From: Mobula hypostoma
Lineage: Eukaryota
NCBI RefSeq assembly: GCF_963921235.1
Contig: NC_086109.1
Coordinates: 22,942,001-23,006,000, forward strand
Direction: 5' to 3'
DNA length: 64,000 nt
In this document: one piece after another, positions 12,738-24,714 of the stretch
How positions within the stretch are numbered: position 1 is the stretch's first letter
Layout: each line of letters begins with the position of its first letter
Position numbers and translations under genes: made by a program
Notes under the pieces: model-generated
Database searches by the model: none
Told to the model about the DNA's origin: nothing
Seen by the model: only the letters and a program-made list of their open reading frames with translations

Positions 12738-13301
12738 AGTCCTCCTAAACCCATTTCAGGGAAGAGTAGAGGCCTTTGGAAGCCTAAAACAAAAGCTTAA
12801 CACAGATGTGGAGCACAAAGAGGAATGCGGCAGGTGACAAATTGGTGGTCTCAGCACTATTGGCCATTTCATACTCCGGGACCAAGGCTGCTTTTAAGTT
12901 ATAGTCTAACCTCATCATAGACAATCCCTTTTTTTTATATACAGGAAGCAAGGTCATGCAGGAAGAGGATTCCAACTTTGGCCCATTGGACACCTCTCCT
13001 TCTAGAGTAGGTCTGGGTTCAAATGATTAACCTGCCATCTTGATCGGCATAAAAGCACAAACGACAATTTATAAACTTGGCTAATACCTACTGCATTGTT
13101 TTTTTGTGGTAACTTGCCAAGAACAAATGGGATGTGCATCTGAAGGGATCCACTGGCTGTGAAGCACCATTTGCATTCAATAAAGTAGAGAAAGCCATCA
13201 TACAAAATAAAACAGTATAACAGTATCCCTCCTGAACAAGGCAACAGCTCAAGTGAACCTTTACCCCACCGCTGTGCTATCTTTGCACAGCCTGCACTTA
13301 C

Positions 13302-13493
13302 CACAGAGGCATTGAGGCGACCCATGGAAGGTAAAGCAGCTGGAGTACAGACAACATCCTGCCTTTGGCAGGTATCCACGTTGCCGATCAGAACAGACGG
13401 ATTTGAAGCGTACTTAACGTCAGACAGACCTTGTGCCCAAGCAGAGGATGAGACCAGCCACAAGAATGCAAATAATGCAGTCACAACAAAATC
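13302..13493 (-). CDS. SYPL2: SYPL2-like coding exon (TM3 and luminal loop 2)
   Basis: Acceptor ctttcag|GAT, donor GTG|gtaagt, 192 bp, phase 0/0; DFVVTALFAFLWLVSSSAWAQGLSDVKYASNPSVLIGNVDTCQRQDVVCTPAALPSMGRLNASV. Confidence 0.93.
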
Positions 13494-15464
13494 CTGAAAG
13501 ACAGAGGTCATTGCATTGCTGTCAAATTTCCAAAACTGTACCAATTCCACACCTACACTTGTAATGTACTAATCCAGTTCTCTTTAATCCACCTGCACAA
13601 TGCCTTTTTAAATTGAACCCAATTCACTTCAGGAGCAGTGGGCACACAGACCCCTTGGTTTTAAGGATCCCACCCACCCATCCAGCATCCCCTGACTTTC
13701 TTCCATCAGGCAGGATGTATAAAAACAAGAACGGCCAGGATGGGGAATAGTTTCTTCCCCCAGGCCATTTGGCTTTTGAACTCCCTGCCGCATCGTATTC
13801 AAAGTGTCACTGGTTAATCTGTTCTGTAGTTTACAATATTTAATTTATGGACTTTAATTCGTTTATTTTTGCGTAACCCATCTGTAGGCTTCATCCCTAG
13901 TTTTTGTGTGTTATGTATACTACACCCTGGCTCAGAGTGCCATCGTCTCATTTGATGGTATACATTAACAGTATATAGTTTTCTAACAATAAACGCCTTC
14001 TAATTCATTTTGTGTTCAATCTTGTTCAAACGATGAACTGGCTCACACTCAAGAGTTGGTCAATATTGCTGGTGTTCAGGCCAAATTCAAAAACTGGAAT
14101 GCATACGTGAAACAAGAGGGATGGAAGTTCATCGCTCCTGGACAACAGAAGTTATTCCAAGCTTAAATTTACCTTGTCAGAACCCTGACCATCATAAAGC
14201 CTCTGATCTATTCTAGTTAATTTATCACATCTCCTTTTATAATCTCTACTCAATTACTACCCACACATTACCCGATACCAGCTCCATAAATCTATACTGT
14301 CCTTTGCAATGAATCAACTACTCAAATATTGCAGATACAAGAGGACACAAGAGGCCAGTCCAACATTAATTCCTTACTTTTCAATTCTCTGCTTCTAGAT
14401 CAAAACCAAGACTGCAATTCGAATTATTTGAAATCATATTTAAAATTTTAAACTTATAATCTCACTAGTTAAGGTATCTGTGTGTTCCCAAGTCTTTAAA
14501 GCACAATCTTTTTCCAGGGAAAGGGAATCAAAAACTAGGAGTTTAAGGAGAGAGATGGCATCCATCCTTAAAAATCCCCACCACCCAGGACATGTCTTGT
14601 CACTACCAGAGAGGTAAAGGAGCCTGAAGACACATTCTCAATGTTTTATGAACATCTTCCCCTCCTGCCATCAGATTTCTGAATGGACAATGAACCCATG
14701 TACACTACTTTTACTATCTGTTTACACTAATATTTTTCAATATGCATTTCTGATTGCACTGTCCTGCTGTCAGAGAAGAAATTTCATGATATACTGGATG
14801 TTAGTGATAATAAACCCATTCTAATTTGAGGGGCCAGTGGGGCAACCTCTTCACGCTGGGGGGGGTGCATACATGGAACAAGCTGTGGGTAGTAGTAGCT
14901 GGGGAGTGGGGTGGTACAATAAAAAGATGTAAAAGACATTTGGGTAAGTATATAGATAGGAACAATTCAAATACAGGAAACCAGGACCAATTTAGATGGG
15001 CACCTTGGTCAACATGAAGTTTTGCCAAGGCCAAATGTTTCTGTGCTGATTTATCTACAAATATAAAATTTTGTGCACTAAATTTCATCTACCATTTATC
15101 TACTGCTGATCAACAAACTCAAAATTCCTTCTAACAATGTGTGAACTCCAAGTCGGCTGCAAATTAGAAGAATATCGCAATACATGACTATTCAAACCCA
15201 TATTAAACCCAGCTCGCTCACGACACAATGGAAAGATTTAGGCAAGAATGTAAACCTTCAATCTGCTAATTACTCTCCTGGGTTAACTATTTGAATAGTA
15301 AAATGGTTGGGGGGGGGGAGAGAAGAGTTTAACCACTCAGATTAGCAAAATCAGGAGAAACTCAAAATTGAAAAACTAGGAATTCAAGTTAGTCATCTTC
15401 CCACCTGCCCATCTTTTTCTTAAAAAAAACAAAGCAAAGTCTTAAGATAAAGAGCAAGATGTGA

Positions 15465-15680
15465 CCACATGGTAGGGCAGCAGCAATCTGGGTTCTATTT
15501 CACTACTGTCCGTATGGAGTTTGTACATTCTCCCCATGACTGCATGGGTTTCCTACGAGTGCTCCAGATTCCCCTTACATTCCAAAGACATACAATTAGT
15601 AGGTTTATTGGTCACATGTGTAATTAGGGGCCTCATTGGTCCAAAAAGGGCCTGTTACCTTGCTGTTTCTCTAAATAAAA
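15465..15680 (+). mobile_element. tRNA-derived SINE (HE1-like)
   Basis: ggagtttgtacattctccccatgactgcatgggtttcc core. Confidence 0.7.
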
Positions 15681-16293
15681 GAATCATGGTTGATTCTTGT
15701 TTAAGTGGCCCTAGGGTAGAGATGAAATTTCAATCCTGTTCTTATCAATGGGACAGGTATTACTGCTTGCTAATACCAACAGACTGATGCCCTGATTAAG
15801 TACTCCAACACTTCTAAATGCAAGAGCTTTCTTGAAGCTGGAAGTCTCTAAATTCAAAAAGAAAACTTAAAACAAGCACAGGTTTATGTGAACTTCATTT
15901 GGGGCATTGAGATGGTGCTGGTGAATCACAGCAACTTCTGGCTGGTATCTAACGAAACAAGGAAAACTAAATACTTCGTTAATCACTTTTTTTTCTGACA
16001 AATGATCCCAACCAATAGTCTGTAACTTCCCTTCAGACTTGAAGGCAATTTGATGTGACAGAACCGAGATGAGGTGAGACAGCTGGCCAGTCGCTGCGAG
16101 CAAGGAAGACCTGCAGTACAATGGATTTAAGCACTAGGCCAAATCGGAAAGGTTGGGTACAGGCCAAATCAAGGTGGCAGGGTCCAGGACCCAGGGCATA
16201 TCGAAACGACTGAACCTGACATTTGGACGACGATTTAAGCATCAGGCCAGATTGAAAAGTTTGGGTATGACAACATTAAATTTTGGGACTTAC

Positions 16294-16495
16294 AACAAGT
16301 GGCAGATACTTATTCTGCTGGTAGAAGTTTTGGTATCCTACATACACCAACAGAGCAGCCATGCAGTACATGAATGCAAACACTCCAATCGTAACAAAGA
16401 ATTCTGAAGATGAGGAGAAGTCTCCATTCAGATGAAATGTTTGATAACTGGTAGCATTATTGCAGGTGAGCACTTCGTAAGAAATTCTGTTTAAC
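16294..16495 (-). CDS. SYPL2: SYPL2-like coding exon (luminal loop 1 and TM2)
   Basis: Acceptor tgttgcag|G, donor GTT|gtaagt, 202 bp, phase 2 in and 0 out; (R)LNRISYEVLTCNNATSYQTFHLNGDFSSSSEFFVTIGVFAFMYCMAALLVYVGYQNFYQQNKYLPLV. Confidence 0.93.
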
Positions 16496-17859
16496 CTGCA
16501 ACACAAGATGAGGGGTTAGAAACAGGAACAATGGATATAATCCAAAATTAAAGGTCTATTTAGAAGGAAAAACCTTATAACATAACATTCGAGCACAGTA
16601 CAGGCTCTTCAGCCCACGATGTTTTGGAACATTTTAACCTACTCTGAAATCAATCTAATCCTTTCCGACTACATAGCCCCACATTTTTCTATCATACACT
16701 TATCTAAAAGCTTCTTTAAATGCCCTTAATATATCTGCCTCTACCACCACCCTGGCAATATGTTCCACACCCACCACTGTTTAAATGATTTAACTCTTAT
16801 GTTCCCCTTAAACTTTTCACCATTGACTTTAAAATTATGTCCCCATATATTTATCATTTCACCCTCTGGCTGTCCACTTGATCTATGCCTCTCATCTTGT
16901 ACACCTCTTTCAAGTCACCTCTCATCCTCCTTTGCTCCAAAGAGAAAAGCCCTAGCTGACATTCACACAACCTATCCTCACAATACACTCTCTCAACCAG
17001 GCAGTATTAATTCTCCTCTGCACCCTCTCTAATTTCCTTCCAACTTAGAAGAGGGGAAGGCTGAACAACTACAGCAAGACTCCAATATCCAAAAATACAC
17101 AAATCCCAATAGATCAGCATCTCATCACTCGTACACCAAGTCCTCATTATACATGGGTGTACAAAGTCTGCCACGTACTGTCAGGAACATGGGCCAAGTG
17201 TGTTGCTGGAGCCAGGGTCAGGAATAAGGTAGGTCTGTGGCTGCAGTGTAACCACAGCTTGCTTGGAAACTCAAAACTCAACATGTATCCTTGTGCTCCT
17301 TTTAAACTTGATGGAAAATACATTATACTGACACATAAAAAGTGAAATGCATTGTGCCAATATAAACCAATAGGCCAACGTCTTGAGGGTACTGAATTAT
17401 CAGAGTTCTACAGTAAATATTTATTTATTTATTTTTTTAAAGTCCCAACAAATTTGGAAAGGGGTGGCCTAAAAACAGAGTTTGGGTTGTATAAAGCTGG
17501 GGGTGGGGGGGTGGGGAGGGGAGGGTGACACAAAATAGAAAGTGCCGGAGGTACTGACGTTGGGCAGTATCTGTGGAATGAGAATCACAGTTAACATTCA
17601 ACAATTTCAGAAAACCAGCCTTCCCAGTTTGGGAGGCAGCCCTGATGCAAAGTCCTGACCTGAATGTGTCAACAATTCCTCCCACCAGCCCCAGTGATGT
17701 TGCTCAACCCACTGAGTTCCTTCAGCAGTTTGTTGCTTTCTCTCTCTGCAGATCACGGCAACTGTAGTCCCTCATCTCCATCAATCTATAACATTAACTC
17801 CAAAGAGGTTTAGTTCACTCAGTCCATTTCTGAGACCCCTCTCCCCTTTCTCAAGCTGT

Positions 17860-19140
17860 TTCCAATACTGGAGACAAACTGTCTGGTATCTTTTATAGAC
17901 CCAGTTTCCTCAGCTATCTTGACATACCTCTTCTCACCCTGCCTCCTGTAAAAAAAAATGTAATTTCCTTTTCCCCAGTTCTTTCGTCTCCACAGCATCT
18001 GTTCCCATGATGAGGCTCCCTTTTCCAGGATAGAGATGTGCTCCAAAGAATGGAGTCTCCTTTCCTCTACCATTGATGCTGCCTCACTCACCTCGCCACC
18101 ACTTCCCGACATCTACACTCACCGTCTCCCCGCCACCTTAACAGGGATAGAGTTCCTCTTTTCCTCATCTACCACTCCAAGAGCCTCTGCATCCAGACAT
18201 CATTCTTTGCAACTCCACCTTCAAACGGAACCCGACCACAAAACACATCTACCACTCCCTCCACTCCCCATTTTCTGCAGGGATCAATCCCTCCATGATT
18301 CCCTTGGAATCAGGGGATCACTAATCTCCCTCCCGGCACATATTCCTGCAAGTGTCAGAAGTGCTTCAACTTCTGATCCATCTCTTCCCTCACCTCCATT
18401 CAGGGCCCAAGACAGTCCTTCCAGATGAGGCAACACTTCGCCTGCAAACCTCTTAGGGTCGTCTACTGTATCCAATGCTCCTGACGTGGCCTCCTCTACA
18501 TTGGTAAGACCCGATGTAGATTGAGGGACCGCTTTGCTGAGCACCTCAGCTCCATTCACAAAAAGTGGGTTTTCCCCAGTGGGCAACCATTTTAATTCCT
18601 ATTCCCATTCCTGCTCTGACATATCGGTCCATATTCTCTTCTGCCACGATGAGGCCACTCAAGTTGGAGAAGCAACACCTCATTTAATCTAGATAGCTTC
18701 TAACCCAACCCGATAGCATGAACATCAATTTCTCCAATTTCCAGTAATCTTTTTTCCTTCCCCTTTCTTCATTCCCCCCACCCTGGCCTCTTACCTCTTC
18801 TCCTCACCTGCCTATCACCTCCCCTTGGTGCCCTTCCTTCTTCCACAATCTACTCTCAGATTCCTTCTTCCTAGCCCTTTGCTTTTTCACTTATCACCTT
18901 CTTACCTCAACCTCCCTTCCCCAACCACCGGACTCACCTATCACCTTCTAGTTTGTCCTCTTCCCTGCCCCCCCCTTAATATTCTGACACCTTCCCCCTT
19001 CCTTTCCGGTCCTGATAAAGGGCCTTGGACCGAAACATGAACTGCTTATTCATTTCCATAGTTGCTCCCTGTCGTGCCGAGTTCCTCCAGCATTTGGTTT
19101 GTGTTGATCCAGATTTCCAGCATCTGCAGTCTCGTGTTTA
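17860..19140 (+). mobile_element. Penelope-like element (GIY-YIG endonuclease region and pLTR), degenerate
   Basis: About 18420-18550 reads FQMRQHFAC..LRVVYCIQCS*RGLLYIGKTRCRLRDRFAEHL (GIY-YIG). Pyrimidine-rich 3' tract, then a pLTR with a decayed hammerhead (cctgataaagggccttggaccgaaac, ~19010). Confidence 0.88.
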
Positions 19141-20032
19141 GAAATTGAGCCTAATCTGACACCATGTTCATCAGAGATTTTGCGGGTCAAAGGGCTTGTT
19201 CCTGTACTGACTGTTCTATGTTGCATTTATATTTAGCCTCTTCAAAGATGATGCCACCTGACCTGTGCAGTCTTTCTCGGCATTCCTTCATTTCACATCT
19301 TCCAACTGCTAATTTCTGTCGCCATTTAAGGTGATGCCAGTGAACTACTTTAAGGCTGCAAATGCTGCCTGACCCCAATCTCCCCCACCAGACTGGTTGT
19401 TGATCCAGATTGTGGTTAGGTCACAGGTGGAGTGCTGCACACAGTTCCGGTTGCCCCCGCTACAGGAAGAGTGTTGAGGCTTTGGAGAGGGTGCAGAAGA
19501 TGTGAACCAGAAAGCTGCCTGCTTTAAAAGGCAGGCGCTACGAGAGGCTAGATAAACTTGGGTTGTTTTCTCTGGAGTGCCAGAGGATGAAGGGAGACCT
19601 GACGGAGGTTCATTAAGATAGATTGGGCAGCGAGCATCTGCTTCCCAAGGTTGAAATGTTGAATAGCAAAGGACATGCACAGAAGGTGAGGGGAGGGGGT
19701 ATGTTCAAGGGGGATGTGAGGGGCATTTTTTTTTAAACTCAAGTCATGAATGCCTGTAATACCCTGCCTAGTATGGTGGCAAAGACAAATACATTAAAGA
19801 CTTTGGCTAGGCACATTGATGTAAGGAAGATGGAGGGATACAGACATGGTGTAGGTAGGAGGGATTAGTGTTTGGGCGTTTTTGATTTGCTTTTTAGCTG
19901 GTTCAGCACAACATTGTGGGCTGAATGGCCTGGCCTGCACTGTTGTGTTCTATATTCTAGATTCCAAGCCCTGCAGTCTCCTCTCTTTTTCCAAGTGCTT
20001 CTGATGAAGGCAATGCCATGGTACCATCGGAA

Positions 20033-20350
20033 CAATGCTCCCCCAAATTTGTAATGGTCAATGTGCACAAAAATCTTGCGCTGTACAATTTTTTTTTTTA
20101 CCCAGTGACAACGTGCGTGCTGAATAATTTCCTCAATAAAAACAGTACAAATAAGCCAGTTCTAAAACCTGCAGACAAATCATCACAAACTCCACATTGT
20201 CAACACCATCTGCATCAGAAACTGGAAAAAGAAATGTGATTATGTACAATCGCAAAATACACTTAACACACCGAGGTGGTAGCGGGTGACCACCTTTTGT
20301 GTGCTAGTAGCAAGAGATGTGTGCGCGCGCATACCTCAGAGGAAACATTG
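20033..20350. mobile_element. hAT-type MITE
   Basis: Terminal inverted repeats CAATGCTCCCC / GAGGAAACATTG; imperfect 8-bp TSD CATCGGAA / CATCTGAG. Confidence 0.7.
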
Positions 20351-20804
20351 CATCTGAGGAGGAGTTACAGGATTTAAGTCCAGCAGAGAACTCATAACAC
20401 CAGTTTTCAAGTAAGCCAATGAACTAGCAAATCCTCTCGCAACTTCATTAGTCTCAGACTTTCAGCCAACCACTGGCGGCTATACTTTCAATCATCCAGG
20501 CCCCAGAGCCCTGGATTTGCTCCAGGAAAGTTATAGAGGTGAAAAGTTATGCAGCAGATTTTGGGAGGAGCTTTTCATAAACAAGTAGGTGAAGAGTTTA
20601 GATGGAGAGTTGCCAGGAACAAAGGGGGATTGCAAATGGAAACTTTATTCAGAGCACAGCAGAGGAGAGTTGGAGCATGCAAAAACAAAATGATCGATCG
20701 TCAGTGCAAATCCAGGAAATGGCGCCCCAAGGGTAGGGTGGGAAGAAAAGGCACACAAAGCGATGGCTGATCGGATTTCACCCGACGCAATGACACCTAC
20801 GTAC

Positions 20805-20923
20805 CTGAAAGGATAACCAAAATGGATTGTGATCAGCTGATCCTTGCCAGACGTACATTTAATGGAAGCCTCGCTCACTCCTGAATAACCACCACATGTG
20901 CCAAATGCAAACACAGCAAATAT
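20805..20923 (-). CDS. SYPL2: SYPL2-like coding exon (TM1 and start of loop 1)
   Basis: Acceptor tctctacag|ATA, donor TTC AG|gtacgt, 119 bp; IFAVFAFGTCGGYSGVSEASIKCTSGKDQLITIHFGYPFR (synaptophysin-family FAFxTCG and YPFR motifs). Confidence 0.93.
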
Positions 20924-21369
20924 CTGTAGAGACAAAGAGAATTGAACGTGGAGTCAGAGAGCCTTACAGCACAGAAACAGGGCTTTTGGCATGCCCAGCT
21001 ATCCATACCATAGCCTTTTATACACCTCTCTTCCTTGCACCTAATCAAACCACTCTTACATGCTGCAATCAAACCCAGATCCACTGGGAGCTTGTTCTGT
21101 GCTCGTGCCATCGGCCGAGTGAAGGAATTTCCCTCAGGTTCCCTTTAAATACATCACCTTTCACTCCAAACTTATCTTTAGTTCTAGTCCCACCCAACCT
21201 GTGGAAAAGCCTGCATGAACTTACCCTATCTATACCCCAAATAATTTTGCATACCTCAAAAAGATCGCCAACACCGCAGGAAATAAAGTCTTAACTTACT
21301 TCAACTTTCTCTACAACTCAGATCCTCAAGTCTTGGCAACATTCTTGTTCTCTCTGAACCCATGAGTGT

Positions 21370-22010
21370 GGGGCTCGGCATAGCTCAAATGCCATCTATA
21401 AGCGCAATTGTTGGTAGAATCTCAGATGGTGATGAAAGGGCGTAAAAACAGGAGGGAGGTGTACCAGTTAGTTAAGTGGTGTCGCAGCGACAACCTTGCA
21501 CTCAAGGTCGGTAAATCCAGGGCCCCCTTCCTGTTTTTGCACTGATTGCGGACTTCAGTAAGGGCAAGACAAGGGATCAGAAGTAGAGGGAGTGAGCAAT
21601 TTCAAGTTCCTGGGCATCAACGTCTCTGATGACCTAACCTGGACGCAAAATAAAAGATGCCAAGACAGTGGTTATATTTTATAAGGAGTTTGAGGAGATT
21701 TGGTTTGTCAACTAAAACACTCGAAAGCTTCTACAGTGGTACCCTGGAGAGCATTCTGACCAGTTGCATCACATCTGGTATTTTTGTGGGGGTGGGGGGC
21801 TACTGCACAGGATTGAAGTAAGCTGCAGAAAGCTGAAAAATTAGTCAGCTCCATAGCTCCATCATGGGTACTAGCCTCTGTAATATCCAAGACATCTTCA
21901 AGGAGTGGTGCCTTGGAAGGCAGCATTCATCAGTAAGGACCATCCCACCACCCAGGACATTCCCTCATCTCATTGTTATGACAAATGCCAGTGATATTAA
22001 ACATGATTCT
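21370..22010 (+). mobile_element. Rex1/Babar-like LINE 3' fragment
   Basis: ttcaagttcctggg...ggagtttgaggagatttgg...ggagagcattctgac motifs and the 3' tail shared with other copies. Confidence 0.7.
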
Positions 22011-23971
22011 GACATTTTCCCTGCACTGTTTCAAATATAGTACAGGCAGAACCAAAAACACAAATCATGCAGAGATGGGCAATTCAATAGAAAGGTTCTT
22101 TCCCAGTGTTATACTCTACTGAAGCCTGCTCCTAACACTCTTCATCCAAAATAGCTAGAGCCCCCAATACAAAGCAGGCCACAGATCAAGTGCTAGTAAA
22201 TGCTTTTGGTAAATTTGTACTTGGTCAGCATGGAAACGGTAAACTGAAGAGCCAGATTTTGAGCTATGAATAAAATGATTAAATATCCATCCAAAATGCA
22301 GCAGTTTCCCACAACCATTCCCAACAGTGGAGAGATCTCACCTCTCAGATGAAAGCCACTGAGTTCCTTTTTGGATCTGTAAATGATTTAATGCCTCCAA
22401 GTGTTATGGATTTCTTTACATGTAGAAACATTTGTTCTACGTCTAATCTTTCATGACCTCTGTCAGATCACACCTCAGCCATTTAATTTTTCCTGATACT
22501 CACTCACATTTTGCTTCCGGTATTGACACTGTAAAAAAAACTTACATTTCATCTTCAGCAGTACCTCCACACACATTTAGTTATAAAGAATATGTCAAGA
22601 GTGATATCACCAAGGAAAATGCTGGCCAGAACAACGCAAGGTGCTCAGGTGCGATCTGAACAAAATTTAAATGAAGACTGCAATTGCTGAGTGAACTGCA
22701 ATATAAACAAGATATTGGGAAAAACGCAGCAGATTAGGCAGCACCTGTACGAGCAACAGGTCCAGGTCTGGGACAGTCGATCAGTTCTGAAGAGATGCAC
22801 ACCCAAAATGTTAATTGCTTTTCTTTTATACAGATGCTGCTAGACCTTCTGAGTTTTTCCCAAGTCTTTTTTTTTTCCTGATTTTATCCGTTTTCCTTTG
22901 CTTCTCATTTATGGTTGGGTGGGACAACTAGAGGTCATGGGTTAAGAGTGAAAGGTGAAAAGTTTAAGGGCAACACGAGGGGAAACTTCACTCAGAGCAC
23001 CGAGAGAGCATGGAGGGAGCTGCCTGTGCAAGTGGTGCATGCGAGCTTGATTTCAACAACTGAGAGAAGTTTGGATAGGTACATGAATGATAGGATGATA
23101 GTCCCGGTGCAGGTTGATGGGAGTAAGCAGTTTAAGCGGCTCTACATGGACTAGATAGACTAAAGAGCCCATTTCTGTGCTATACTTTTCTATCACTATG
23201 GTACAGTAATAGTGATCAACTCAATTCAGAAATAATTATATCATTTAGATCACTAAAACCCCAAACAAGAGAGTCTGGTGGCAACTAGTTATAACCAGAT
23301 ATTATGCTGGTTTTGTCATTACAACAATGCTCAGCATGTCACAAAACTCTCCTACAAAACGTGTAATTGTTTTGAAACAGTTTATGTATGTAATCACTCG
23401 TGTTTACTGTACAACAGTGCGCGCCTGAATAATTCCAAGATGAAAAGAGAGAGCGAGACAGGTGGTGAGGTGCGGGGGCAGCACGAGGAGGAGGGGTCAG
23501 GCTTGTTCAAACCCTGCACCAGTTGTTCTGAGCTCAAGGTAAATCGGATGTCAAATGCCTGCATTAGCCCAAATTCCAGGCTGCAGAGGGTTAATTTGCA
23601 CACAATGCAATCAAGTATGATTTTTTTTGCAAGGTCCACTCCCAGTGGCTAATAATAGCTGCAGAATGGAAAGCTGCAGGAACAGGAGTGCACAACCCAC
23701 TGGTGTGAATCTTACACACACTCCACAAGCTAAAATTAAACTGCAGCTTCACACATGGGGAAGACAAGACTGCAGAAAGCTCTGGCTGCACGTTACACTG
23801 CACGCCATCTGCTCTAGAAGAGAACGGTGCCCCAATCCTACGTGGAGCCTAGGCCTTGGGAAAGGAGTGGTCACTCACGAATGCTGCCAAAACATACTAC
23901 TTGTCATGGTGCAGCACCACGCCACAGCTCTGGACTGGGATTTGAACCCAGGCTCAGACTTATAAAGGCTG

Positions 23972-24378
23972 CAGACATCCCACACTGCAAAAACTCATTT
24001 CAGGGAGTTAGCACCATCAATTTGCGGGAGACTTCCAGGAGAGGTGAGATGTCTGCAATAGAGTAGCTCCTTAGCAGCTAGTCAGCTAGTTTAAATAACG
24101 TTAGCTATGCTAATGAACAAATGACACCTGTTAAACTCACCTCAAAATGTCTTTTACAGTCTTAACCCACCATGGGCAATAGAAAGGTCACTGTTGCAAA
24201 CAGTGCAGTGAGCAACACTGTCATTATTTTTTACCCCTATTAGCCAGGGGTACGCTTTAGTGTAGTCTGGGGTGACATAGGTTTTTTTTTTGGAACACTC
24301 TGCCATGGCACGCTCTTGCTCGCTCTCTCTCTCACGTGATCGCTTGTGCACTCTCGCTTGCTTGCTCTCGCTCGCGCG

Positions 24379-24430
<52 letters not shown>

Positions 24431-24585
24431 GTCGCTCGTGCACTCTCAAGCGCACTCGCTTGCTTTCTCTCGCTCGCTCTCAAAAAAATTGATTTCCGTG
24501 ATATTGTATATAATTTGCAGGCATCAGGAAGCCACTATTCATATGCGGGAGACTACCGGAACTTCTGGGAGAGGTGGGATGTCCG
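23972..24585. mobile_element. Non-autonomous DNA transposon (hAT-like) with a zinc-finger exon remnant
   Basis: TIRs CAGACATCCCAC (23972) / GTGGGATGTCCG (24585). Minus-strand MAECSKKKTYVTPDYTKAYPWLIGVKNNDSVAHCTVCNSDLSIAHGGL..DCKRH resembles a BED-type finger at a transposase N-terminus. Confidence 0.7.
24389..24427. repeat. (CA)n microsatellite preceded by (CT)n
   Basis: About 19 uninterrupted CA units. Confidence 0.98.
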
Positions 24586-24714
24586 AGACTGGTAAAAGCT
24601 CAAAGTAAATTTATTGCTGAAGTACACGCTGTATGTCACCATATCCAACCCTGAAATTCATTTATTTACAGGCATTCACCATAGATACAAGTAAATGCCA
24701 TAGAATCAGTGACA

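Noticed and set aside
13002..13550. 182-aa ORF as a single-exon protein or extended C-terminus
   Set aside because: Family similarity is confined to 13302-13493 between canonical splice sites; the rest is intronic read-through.
17499..17525. G-quadruplex-capable G tract in an intron
   Set aside because: Poly-G tracts are frequent throughout the window; nothing specific supports function.
24240..24608. ORFs with (TH)n or (CV)n tracts
   Set aside because: Translations of the (CA)n microsatellite.
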